Source: Eledone cirrhosa (lineage: Eukaryota). From it: a DNA stretch of 64,000 nt. Shown here one piece after another: positions 1 through 12,880 of this stretch. The number at the start of each line of letters is the position of its first letter. The first letter of the stretch is position 1. The translations under genes were made by a program, and so were the position numbers. The DNA lies in NCBI GenBank assembly GCA_964016885.1, contig OZ024759.1, forward strand, positions 6,572,001-6,636,000. The letters run 5' to 3'. Below the pieces are notes generated by a model. That model was not told the origin of the DNA. It was given only the letters and a program-made list of their open reading frames with translations, and did not search any database.

Positions 1-120
1 TTGGACATCATCGGTGGTGTGGAGAGGAGACTGGTATATATGGGAGACTACTGGTCTTACATAAACCTTACCTGGACTTCTGCCTCGGAGGGAAACTTTC
101 TAGGTGCAAATCCGATGGAC
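1..120 (+). mobile_element. 3' end of SINE family B, carrying one copy of the 69-bp satellite unit; truncated by the window start
   Basis: Matches the reverse complement of 52640-52760 (AAACCTTACCTGGACTTCTGCCTCGGAGGGAAACTTTCTAGGTG) and the 3' half of the SINE at 11151-11452. Confidence 0.8.
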
Positions 121-444
121 AATCCGGCCAGAATTCTCTCACTTCTTTCTGTTCAAACCGGCTTTAATCAGCCACTCTTACTCATGTTAATGTATTGTTC
201 TCAAAATATATAATATCAAAATCTCAGATTTGTGAGGTAAAGCCTTTACTGCAAAAGTACAATAGTACATATAGAGTGAGGTAAATGTGAAAGGGTTAAA
301 CTAAAAGCCAGATGTGGACCAGACTAAATGAGTTTCTGTATGTGGTCGGGTAATTTGTTAGAAATAACAAACTAAATAATTTAAAATCACATCTTGTTAT
401 TTTAAAAATATCTTGAAGGACACTATTGTATGATGAATGAATAA

Positions 445-720
445 GCCCCCTCAAATTGGTTGAGGTTCTGGGGTGGTGTCCTGAGACAATCAGCCTCTTA
501 CCTTGGCTGAAGGTTCAGGTTGGAGGAGGTTTGGATGTGGTGTCCTGAGACACAACCACCCCTTATCTTGAGGGTCTGGTGAGTGAGGGAGGGGTGTTTT
601 CAGACACCGTCACCTCATCTGGGTTGAGGGAGGGTTGCCATAAGACAATCACCTCTCATCATGGTTGAGTGTCCGGTAGGTGGGGGAGGTCCTCACAACT
701 CACCACCTTATCTTGATCAT
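445..720. repeat. degenerate minisatellite (GGTGTCCTGAGACA...CACCTCTTATCTTG-like units)
   Basis: About 5 diverged GC-rich repeats sharing GAGACAATCA/CACCTCTTATC. Confidence 0.45.
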
Positions 721-725
721 AAATA

Positions 726-1246
726 TCATAAATATCCTCGGCCACGTGCCAGTCAAAAGCTGCCTTAAATCAGGAGCATGACACCCCTTGGAACATCAAG
801 CTTTAGTAGTAAAAGAGTCACTCGCTGGGAAGAAAACTTAACAACCTCCCATCACTAACAACAATGGAGCTAAAGGTGAGTGAGGCACTGCTCCCCTGGA
901 GCTAAAGGTGAGTGAGGCACTGCCCCCCTGGAGCAGATACAAACTATGCAGTGTGGAAATTCCTCAACAGACTAAGATCTGGTGTTGGACGTGCAAAAGT
1001 CACTCTTGCAAAATGGGGATATTTAAAGGATGGGGACGTTGTGTGTGACTGTGACATCGAACCACAGACTACACACCACCTGATATGGCCCCCACTGGAA
1101 CACCCCTACACTATTAGAACAGCCCTCCACAGCATTGGAACACCCCTGTACAGTATTGGACTTGGCAGAGTTTAATGAGAAAGTTCAGCTGAACCACATC
1201 TAGTCAAGCTTTGTAACTGACACTTTTGTGGACATGACAAAAAGAA
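726..1246 (+). pseudogene. 3' fragment of an RTEX-type non-LTR retrotransposon
   Basis: WKFLNRLRSGVGRAKVTLAKWGY...CDC...QTTHHL resembles the RTEX C-terminal zinc-knuckle region; ends GGACATGACAAAAAGAA; internal duplication around 868-935. Confidence 0.65.
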
Positions 1247-2284
1247 CATCTTGGTTGTGACTCCAGTGGGTGGGTTAGTGGAGTCCTGAGACAAGCACCA
1301 CACATTGCGGTCACTGTCAACCGCCGCTGTCGATTCCTTGCTGTTGTCATTCTTCGTTTTTCCCACCCAAGAATCCATTTTTCGTCCACTAATCCCCGCC
1401 TCTGTGAGGGTGTGTGGAGTTTCTAGGATGTGATAACGTGGCTAAAATATCACAATTCTGACTGTGGTCACTAACGTTTGTTCTATGAGGTCCCCCTCAC
1501 GGTGGTTCATCTGTTGCGTGTCACCCCGTATAGTCCAGGAACAGGGAGATGGTCTTGAATGGAAGAACTTTGATCATATGTCGTGACCTGGGGTTAAACA
1601 ACGACCACCAAGTCACGCCTTTGTGTGTGCATATGTATGGAAAAGCACTCAATACAGGGTGTCTTCAGTTAGAATGCGAATGAAGCATAAAATGTTATAA
1701 TTGGGGAGGGTCATGTCCTAACACTTTCGTTTCACTTCAGTATATTTTTATATTTCTTTAAATAATTTATCTATAAATATAAATATAGTTCGAATAGGCT
1801 ATGTAGCCGGTAAACCCTAAAGGGACGCAACACACATCGCTATAACGTTTCACCAGCTCCTTCTGTTGTCTATATCTGTTTATGTATTTACCTGTAGATG
1901 TGTATGTAACTAAAGTGTAACATGTTACCAATGGACGACTAAATGATTTTAAACTTGTTTTTAACAATTGATGGTGGAAAAGATTTCAAATTGTCTTAAC
2001 TCAGACTAACTTATGGAGTCTGACACTCTTACCGGCTACATAGCCTCTTCCAATATAGTTGTAGCGCTCTCTAGACAAAGGGAAGTAGCCAAAGTTACCA
2101 AAATTCTTTCGTCACACATAAAAAAAAAAAAAGATTACAAGGGCAATAACTCTTGTATCGAAAGCGTAAGGCTAGCAGCAGTTATTCCCCCCTGCAGAAA
2201 TAACTATCTCCGTGCAGAAATAAAATAGGAAGTGAACCGATTGCGATCATCTTTGCGCGTCATACCTCTTAGGACTGAAATAAT

Positions 2285-2467
2285 CGTTTCTACTTTAGGC
2301 ACAAGGCCAGCAATTACTCAGTGCATTACTGGTACTTTATTTTATCGACCCCGTAAGGATGAAAGGCAAAGTCAACCTCGGCGGGATTTGAACTCAGACC
2401 GTAAAGGGACGTAACTATGCTGGACAGCATGGCGTCCGACTCACCACCGATACTGCCAATCCACCGA
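2285..2467 (-). mobile_element. SINE family A, full copy with 18-bp target-site duplication
   Basis: Reverse complement of GGTGGATTGGCAGTATCGGT...GAGTTCAAATCCC (B box)...TTTCATCCTTACGGGGTCGATAAAATAAAGTACCAG; TCTTAGGACTGAAATAAT at 2267-2284 and 2468-2485. Confidence 0.85.
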
Positions 2468-2490
2468 TCTTAGGACTGAAATAATATACA

Positions 2491-2598
2491 ATAATCGTTT
2501 CTACTTTAGGCACAAGGCCAGCAATTACTCAGTGTATTACTGGTACTTTATTTTATCGACCCCGTAAGGATGAAAGGCAAAGTTAACCTCGGCGGGAT
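2491..2598 (-). mobile_element. SINE family A, 5'-truncated
   Basis: Same 3' half as the 2285-2467 copy. Confidence 0.8.
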
Positions 2599-2807
2599 TA
2601 CAATAATTAAATAAAATAAGTGCCTTAGACCACCAGCCCCCATGCTTATTATATAAACATTTGCACCACAGCCCCCAAGTATTGTATACGACTTTACGCA
2701 CACCCCGATAATGCCCGGTTGCCCCCTGCATCCTTATCATGTATGTATTCACTTTTTCCAGCATTTTATTTTATTTTATTTTATTATTGTATATTATTTC
2801 ATTTTTA

Positions 2808-2993
2808 TGTGGATTGGCAGTATCGGTAGAGGGTCGGACGCCATGCTTTGACGCATAGAGTTACGGCCCTTTCCATTCTTAGTTCAAATCTCGCCGAAGT
2901 TAACTTTGCCTTTCATCCTTACGGGGTCGATAAAATAAAGTACCAGTAATACACTGGGTTATTGCTGGCCTTGTGCCAAAAGTAGAAACAATT
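2808..2993 (+). mobile_element. SINE family A
   Basis: GTGGATTGGCAGTATCGGTAGAGGGTCGGACG...GTGCCAAAAGTAGAAACAATT. Confidence 0.85.
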
Positions 2994-3894
2994 ATTATAT
3001 TATTTTATGTTATGTAAGTACAGATTTTTATTTTTTTATATATATGTGCCACCCACGCTATATGTGATTAGTGCACGGATATTGTGCTGCCTTAACATTT
3101 ATGCATATTGTGCAGGCACCTTCGGACTTATACCGTCACGTGATCGGGTTGGCTCAAAGCCTCAAAAGCTTTGTCTCATATAACACTGTGTGCACTATCT
3201 GCACAGCTGCGCGTGTGAGGATGGATGAGGGGGTGGGGGTACTCATCAAGTATATGCCTCCGGTGTGAGAGCACGCGGATGCATGTATGTATGTGTGCCC
3301 ACACAGACATGCATGAGCACGGGTGTGTGCATGCCTGGGTCGATGTCTGCGTGAGGGTATGGATGACTATGGATTTTTCTTTTTTCATCTGCCTATATAT
3401 GTGCGGCGTCTTGGCTATGCGCGCTTCCCTGAGTCCAGTGTGTGAGTGTGGACTTGGGCGTGTTTGTTGAAAACATCTTTGATATAGCCTTTCTGTTTGA
3501 AAGGCTGTTGAAAGCTTTCATTTAAAAACGTTCTTAATACAGGTTTTTTCTTTTTCTTTTTGAAATATGTATGGTGGAGGGTATTCTAGGGCTGTGTCCT
3601 AGAAATATTATGCTAAATATCCCTATAATTTTTTTTTTTTTTTAAATTCCCTCCAATCATTATTTACAATGACTGCCGCATACAGCATAATTGCGGGTGT
3701 GTACTGACCGTTGTGGACGAGGGTGCCTAGGGGCAATGAAGACGTCGAAGTGACGCCAGCTGTTCAAGATCACAGCCCCTCTCCCACCACAGTAGTAATT
3801 CTGATATATGAAGAAATTTTAATTGACAGGTGGAGAAGGAGAAGAACCAAACAGTGGGCACCATGAGTGCGGCTTTTATTTTTCAATTTTCTGT

Positions 3895-4403
3895 TGTTAA
3901 AGGCGTTCTTTTCACTAAAACTTTAAGCCCTTTTTGTCAGTTAGTTCGGCAATGTTGTCGTATATCCACCCTTCTAACTTTAGCACTTATTATAAATACA
4001 AAGACTTAGGGAACCAAGAGGTCAGACACGAAGCGGCAGTCAACAAGATAAGCGATGTAGCATCAGTAGACCTTTCACTCTATCTTTCTCTTAGCGCTTA
4101 CTGGCTTACCTCCTCGGTCACCGAAACAGCCAGACAGCCAGCCATGCCTGCCTGACAGATTGACCACTACAACTAAGACAATAACGTACACACATAGTAA
4201 GATTATATTGTTCACATTATACTTTTATCCTATCTTTCCTGTAATATTGTATCTGCAAGACACAACTGTTACATCATCGTCTTCTCTGATACACGTTAGC
4301 TCGTAGCAGCTAATAATTTAATGTACGGATATTTTCATGTCATAAATTTTATTACTCAGTGTTCAAACCGAATATTGTTATTATAAAATAAACATTGTTA
4401 ACA
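3895..4403 (+). mobile_element. possible solo LTR
   Basis: TGTTAA...TTAACA termini, TATAAATA near 3990, AATAAA about 11 nt before the end; no TSD found. Confidence 0.3.
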
Positions 4404-4449
4404 ACTCATCATGGCATTATTCTTTCCATCCAAACTACCAAAGAATACC

Positions 4450-5142
4450 ACCCATCCGTTACATGTGTTCGGGTATGGTTGTTGTTGTTCCCATCGTTTT
4501 TTCTGTTCAACATCGGTTTTCTTAGTTCTATTTCAGTTGCTTCTCTGATTTACCTACCTGTTGAGTCATTTCTATATTTAGATATTATTTTAATTTCTAT
4601 GTTGTCTATATTACCATCATGTCTTTGTCTGTTCATATAGTACCGATCCGTCTTTTTGTTCTTTTAGTTCCCCCCAAGTGTTGGTCTAATCTCTCCCCTA
4701 TGCTCCGAGCTGTCTCACCTATGTATGTCTTTGTCATGTTTCTGCAAGTATCCTCTGTACATCTAATGCTATAGACTACATTTATAGTTTTAGATTTTCT
4801 CATTATGCAGGAGCAAATCATGGAATAGCTTAGATAGGACTAAACATAAGATAGGAAAAGCCTCTTCATGGTACGACAACCAGAGATACCAGAGTGTCAT
4901 GTTCGTGGATGCTACCCCTAGAGGTGAATTAGCTAAGCAATGTAGAAAAGCCCCAAGAAAAACCCATTTAAAGATTAAAGCGGTAGAACAGCCAGGAACT
5001 ACCATAAAATCCCTAATCAGCAAGACATACCCCTTTTAGAAAACCCACTGTACAAATAAGAAATGTGTTATATGTAAAGTGAACCCCCAGATAAACTGTA
5101 AAACTAGAAATGTAGTCTGTAGCATAAGATGTACAGAGGGTA
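4450..5142. pseudogene. rearranged PLE fragment: inverted GIY-YIG end (4450-4790, minus) joined to a direct linker piece (4805-5142, plus)
   Basis: Minus ORF has NVVYSIRC...YIGETARSIGERLDQH; plus part parallels about 6092-6420 and keeps VMFVDATPRGELAK. Confidence 0.8.
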
Positions 5143-5337
5143 CTCCCACACAGGCTGGGGTTTGTATTACTTGCATGCATGGGTTATACGTGCATTTTAG
5201 CGTGACATCAGCACGAGAGAGGTTATCATAACTGAAGGGCCCTTCCAAACATTTTGTTTGGAAAATTTTCTACGACTGGATACCCTTCTTAATACCAATC
5301 ACTTTACAGAGTGTAATGTATATATATATATATATAT

Positions 5338-5406
<69 letters not shown>

Positions 5407-5458
5407 AACAAGATATCGTTATAGGTAATCCAATTAGAGGTTGTGAATACTTCTTATC

Positions 5459-7454
<1,996 letters not shown>

Positions 7455-8178
7455 GTTAAATTAATTGTTTTTATATATATATATATTTAAAGGTTAAACA
7501 AGGTTCAATGAATAAATCAAAGACTGAGTTTTACAATAGATTCTCATGTTTGCAGACACTTTAAATATGATATTAAACTACAATATAGATCCTTAAAAAA
7601 AATTTTCTTGTATTTTTAAATTCAATAGCTTAGATATTTGGCACTTTTATGATCGCAAACAATTTACTTATTTACTTTGAATCTGGTTCTTATCCTTATG
7701 ATTCATGAAGTTTGATTTGTATATTTATAGTATATATGTATTACATGATCCTAATATAATAATTGATCTAAAACCTTAATTTTTTAACAATATTAACAGT
7801 AACTTATTTATTATATTATATTATATTATGTTATGTATAACTGACTAATATCGTCTTGAACTTTAGACAATATACTCTTTGTATATATTTAGACAAATGC
7901 ATATATCTAATTTAATAATACCCTATTTTAAGTTTAATTATAAGGCCTTTAGATATTTTAAGGCATTCTAATTGTTAATTTAACATTTTTAAAGTTATAA
8001 CTGTAATTATTTTCTAAATTATATAATGTGAATTATTTCAAAATAAAAAAAAAATTTTTTAATATTATATAATATAAGATAATATAATTTATTATGGATT
8101 ACCTTCGTGAGAATGAAAATATTAAATCTTCTTTCTCATGTTTACTTGAAATATGATTTTATAAATTATATATGATAG

Positions 8179-8653
8179 GGCATACGTCAAAACGGCCGGT
8201 CTCAAAAGTGAAACTAATTTTTGACAGTTACGTACGTCATTATTTTCAATTTGGATTGTGAATACGTGATATTTTTTTACACACATCCACAAACTTATAG
8301 ATGTATATACACATGTACAACATATATATGTGTGTATATGTACACATATACACATATATATATATATACAAACACATATATATATACAAACACACATATA
8401 TATATACAAACACACACATATATATATATATATACATACACACACACATATATATACACACATATATATACACATATATACACACCCACACATATATATA
8501 TATTAAGAAATCTATACAATTGCATGTGTCTGCATTATAGTCATCTCGAAGTTTATACAGGACTATATATACACAAATCTATTCAGATGAGTGAGTGTAC
8601 GTAACTGTCAAAAATTAGTTTCACTTTTCAGACCGGCCGTTTTGACGTATGCC
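8179..8653. mobile_element. MITE with 57-bp TIRs and 9-bp TSD (Mutator- or Merlin-type)
   Basis: TIRs 8179-8235 and 8597-8653 (1 mismatch) starting GGCATACG; ATATGATAG at 8170-8178 and 8654-8662. Confidence 0.9.
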
Positions 8654-8941
8654 ATATGATAGTATACTTTAATATTAATATAGATATTTATAAACTTTTA
8701 TAGCCTGAAATATTATACATTTTGATTAATTCATTATTCTGAACTAACATAAATGATTTGAAATTTAACGGTCAGCCGGATACGTTTGGATATATGTATT
8801 GTATAATTCTAAGATTCGAGTTTACTCTTTCACAAAGCTATGCCCAAATGTATAATCATGTGTTTGTATAGATATATATACTTTTTGCATTATCTAATCA
8901 CACCCTATTCATCCACGGCAATACAAACCTCCCTCCTATAT

Positions 8942-9128
<187 letters not shown>

Positions 9129-9278
9129 GACATATATATATTAGAAAGTGAGGTTTTTTTTGCAAAATGAAAAATAACCGAGGTGTCCTACACGAGTGAA
9201 AGTATAAAGAAAAAGAGATGAAATTGAAAATGCAACTGGAGTCTTATTTAAAAAAAAAATATATATATTTATTTGGTT

Positions 9279-9316
9279 CCTTTACCGGTTTCGCAGTTCT
9301 TCTGCTTTTCAAAAGG
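9279..9316 (-). ncRNA. minimal hammerhead ribozyme, U3-A8 variant
   Basis: CCUU-UUGAAAA-GCAG AAGAA CUGC-GAAA-CCGG-UA-AAGG. Confidence 0.7.
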
Positions 9317-9356
9317 TGAGTTGAGATGGGGGGGGGGGGGGGTCTGTGGTTTTTCT

Positions 9357-9388
<32 letters not shown>

Positions 9389-9392
<4 letters not shown>

Positions 9393-10524
9393 AACCAGTA
9401 GGACCCCGACGGCTGAGCTCAAGCCGTTTCGACGGCTAATTTTGGACTAAATGAAAATTTATCCTGGTATTTAAATAGCCGAGCTTCTCAAGGGGTAATT
9501 CCATATATGGTCAAAGTGATTGTCACAAGGATTGGTCACAAGTTAGTAGTAATTCTGTGATGGCAAATTAGTGGGGGAAGGGGTAGCTAAACCTGCCAGT
9601 AGGAGAAAAAGGGGGAGGGGGTGGAGTAGACCCATTCATACGTTGGTAGTGCCAGCTACAGCTGGGCGTGAGGTCAAAGAACACAGATTGCGTAGGACTT
9701 ACCTCGCCCTCAAACCCCATAATGACCCGGGGGGCGGGGGGGTAGTAGACTAGGGCTATAACACCCCACTTGCCGATTTTGTAATGGGTAATCCCTGCTT
9801 GCCAAGGGAGACGTAAGATCTTCTTTTATATTCTTTTATCGCTTCCTCTATATTTCCTTCTTCCCCCCATCCCTCCCTAGTCCTCCTACCCCAGTTCTTT
9901 TTCTTTGTCGGCGTCTTTTTCTCGCCCACCCGAGGCAGCCCCTCGGCCCCTTGTAGCCTCAGTACCCCCACTCCCTCCCCTAGTCTACGATAGATTTGGC
10001 GGACTCCGCTTTTTATAGCAGTTGTGTTAGACCTCGGATACTTGCCCCCTTATCCGACCGCTGCCCTTTTCCCCGTGCCTTCTATATTTCTTAGTGGCAT
10101 CTTTGCTTTAATTTCTCGTTTATTCAGTATTTCTTTCTTCTCTTTTCTTTTGGGCGGGGTGGATTCTGAATTAATTTTCCGTATTCTACTTTTACTTCGT
10201 ACGAACTTTCATGTAGCTTGTATAAGAACTTTTGTAGCGTGGCGGTACCCTTAGAGTTAGCATTAGTATATTTTTTTCCGGGACTCTGAATTATTATTTC
10301 GTACTAGCTTACTTTTCTGCACTGGGTGGTTGCTGGCCTCGTGCCTGGGGTTGAAACCTTTATTAATTATTTCGTGGTAGTTTCTTTAGTATTTTGGGGC
10401 ACCCCCATTGTTGACCCGTCACCGTTTGATATACGTACTTATATCTCTTAAAAGGGTCCTTTCCTATTCCGCCCCACCTAGTTTATTTATTTATTATTTT
10501 ATTATCTTTTTATTTTTCACTTTT

Positions 10525-10559
<35 letters not shown>

Positions 10560-11092
10560 GCCTTGCAATAGCGAGAGACTTAGGTCGTAGAAATTGCTTA
10601 TTTTTTTCTTTACATTTATTCGCTTTTTATCACTCTCAGTATTTTTTTTTTTATATATATTTTTACCCTTCATTGTTCTACTTACCGTTTCGACTTCCTC
10701 CCCCTCCCCCTCCCTAGTATCTTCTTTGACCTCACGCCCAGCTGTAGCCGGCACTACCAACGCATGAATGGGTCTACTCCACCCCCACCCCCTTTTTCTC
10801 CTACTGGCAGGTTTAGCTACCCCTTCCCCCACTAATTTCCCATCACGGAATTACTACTAACTTGTGACCAATCCTTTGTGACAATCACTTTGACCATATA
10901 TGGAATTACCCCTTGAGAAGCTCGGCTATTTAAATACCAGGATACATTTTCATTTAGTCCAGAATTAGCCGTCGAAACGGCTTGAGCTCAGCCGTCGGGG
11001 TCCTACTGGTTCCTATTACCCATTCTACTACCCTAAGTATTGAGTACTTTGGTGCGTTATGGTCCACCTGGTTCCTTATCACATTTCCTTCG

Positions 11093-11093
<1 letters not shown>
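9389..11093. mobile_element. unclassified (TA)n-embedded element with ~293-bp inverted arms and a one-sided 78-bp tail
   Basis: Arms 9389-9681 and 10722-11015; tail 11016-11093; relatives at 26798-27865 and 35222-35329. Confidence 0.8.
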
Positions 11094-11150
<57 letters not shown>

Positions 11151-11154
<4 letters not shown>

Positions 11155-11452
11155 TTTAGTGGTTAGAGTGTCAGGCTTTTAATTGAGGTTGTGAGTTAGA
11201 TTTATGGGCTTTACGTTGTGTTCTTGAGCAAGACACTCTATTTCACGTTGCACCAGTTTACATCACTGGTGTCAAGCTGTATCGGCCATTGTCTTTCCCT
11301 TGGACATCATCGGTGGTGGGGAGAGGATACTGGTATATATGGGGGACTACTGGTCTTACACAGAACAATGTTGCCCGGACTTGTGTCTCAGGAGAGGAAC
11401 TTTCTAGAAGCAAGTCCCTTGGTCACTCGTGACAGAAGAGGGTCCTGACCCT
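11151..11452 (+). mobile_element. tRNA-derived SINE family B, single-unit form
   Basis: TGGTTTAGTGGTTAGAG A box, TTCTTGAGCAAGACACTCTATTTCACGTTGC body, one copy of the 69-bp unit. Confidence 0.8.
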
Positions 11453-11614
11453 TATATATATATATATAAGCAAAGGGATATTTAATTTGTTGGTAATTCA
11501 ACAAATATATATATTTATAACAGATTCGAAGCACTCGACAGATTTTCTGGAGTATAATATCAATGATATTAAATAAATGGAAACTTTATTTATAAAACCA
11601 TATTTATTCTATTA

Positions 11615-11733
11615 TTCTGAGTTCAAATCCCGCCGAGGTTAACTTTGCCTTTCATCCTTACGGGGTCGATAAAATAAAGTACCAGTAATGTACTGGATAA
11701 TTGCTGGCCTTGTGCCAAAAGTAGAAACAATTA
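11615..11733 (+). mobile_element. SINE family A, 5'-truncated
   Basis: GAGTTCAAATCCCGCCGAGG...GTAGAAACAATT. Confidence 0.8.
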
Positions 11734-11829
11734 TATTTAAAGGTGGGGGAGGGGCTGACTTTATTAAATGTGTTATCACAAAAAACGTACGTGACGGTGA
11801 ATACCCTGCACCGTCAGACCATACCTCTC

Positions 11830-12055
11830 ACCACCACCACCACCACACCACCACCACCACCACACCACCACCACCACACCACCACCACCACCACACCACC
11901 ACCACCACCACCACAACCACACCACCACCACCACAACCACACCACAACCACACCACCACCACACCACCACCACCACCACACCACCACACCACCACCACCA
12001 CCACCACACCACCACCACCACCACAACCACACCACCACCACCACCACCACCACAC
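11830..12055. repeat. imperfect (CCA)n microsatellite
   Basis: Direct inspection. Confidence 0.95.
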
Positions 12056-12296
12056 TATAAACTAGGCCACACTGATAACAGAATGTAACTAACAAGTACA
12101 AGGCTGCCTCTCACGTGACGAGCACCCTGGTTGGTTTGGGCCAACCTTTCGTGTCTTCATACACATACATAGATACATACATACATACATACATACATAC
12201 ATACATACATACATACATACATACATACATACATACATACACACATACATACATACACACACATACATACATACATACATACATACATACATACAT

Positions 12297-12329
<33 letters not shown>

Positions 12330-12409
12330 TACATACATACACACACACACACACATACATACATACATACATACATACATACATACATACATACATACAT
12401 ACATACATG

Positions 12410-12810
12410 GTGGCTGCCAACTCGGTTTCGAGTACGGCCACTACTTTATATCCATGTAGGAGAACCCCTACCGATGCGCTGAACGAGTGTGACTTTTTAG
12501 TCCAGCTAGCGACTTGAAAACTCTGGTACAAACACTACACTTGTGACAATTATTGACACATAGTGCTGGGCCCATGGTACCATGTGACGACAAGTGCAGA
12601 GAGATCTCCAGATATAAAGCAATGCCTGTGCCGTGAAGCTTTTATAGTGAGCAAAGGCACTGCACAAAGCCAGTCCCACTCTCTTAACCAAGATGATATT
12701 TACCAAAAAGAAGAACAAGTCAACATAATTGGATACCATCAGGGTTGCAGGTGTTATATCAGAGTTTTCCTTCTCCTAGAATTCTGCCTTGACAAAGGCT
12801 AAGGGGTCAT
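12410..12810 (-). mobile_element. RTE-type 5' UTR-like segment from a related family
   Basis: Similar to 16505-16715 (CTAGGAGAAGGAAAACTCTGA; GAGAGTGGGA.TGGCT; CACAGGCATTGC). Confidence 0.55.
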
Positions 12811-12880
12811 CTCTATATACATATATATATACACACACACGCACACACACAAACATATCTATACACACACACGATAGCAA

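Noticed and set aside
1785-2060. Inverted pair GGCTATGTAGCCGGTAA with HHR-like look
   Set aside because: Both copies have GGTAA rather than GAAA and lack a valid core; only a short inverted repeat
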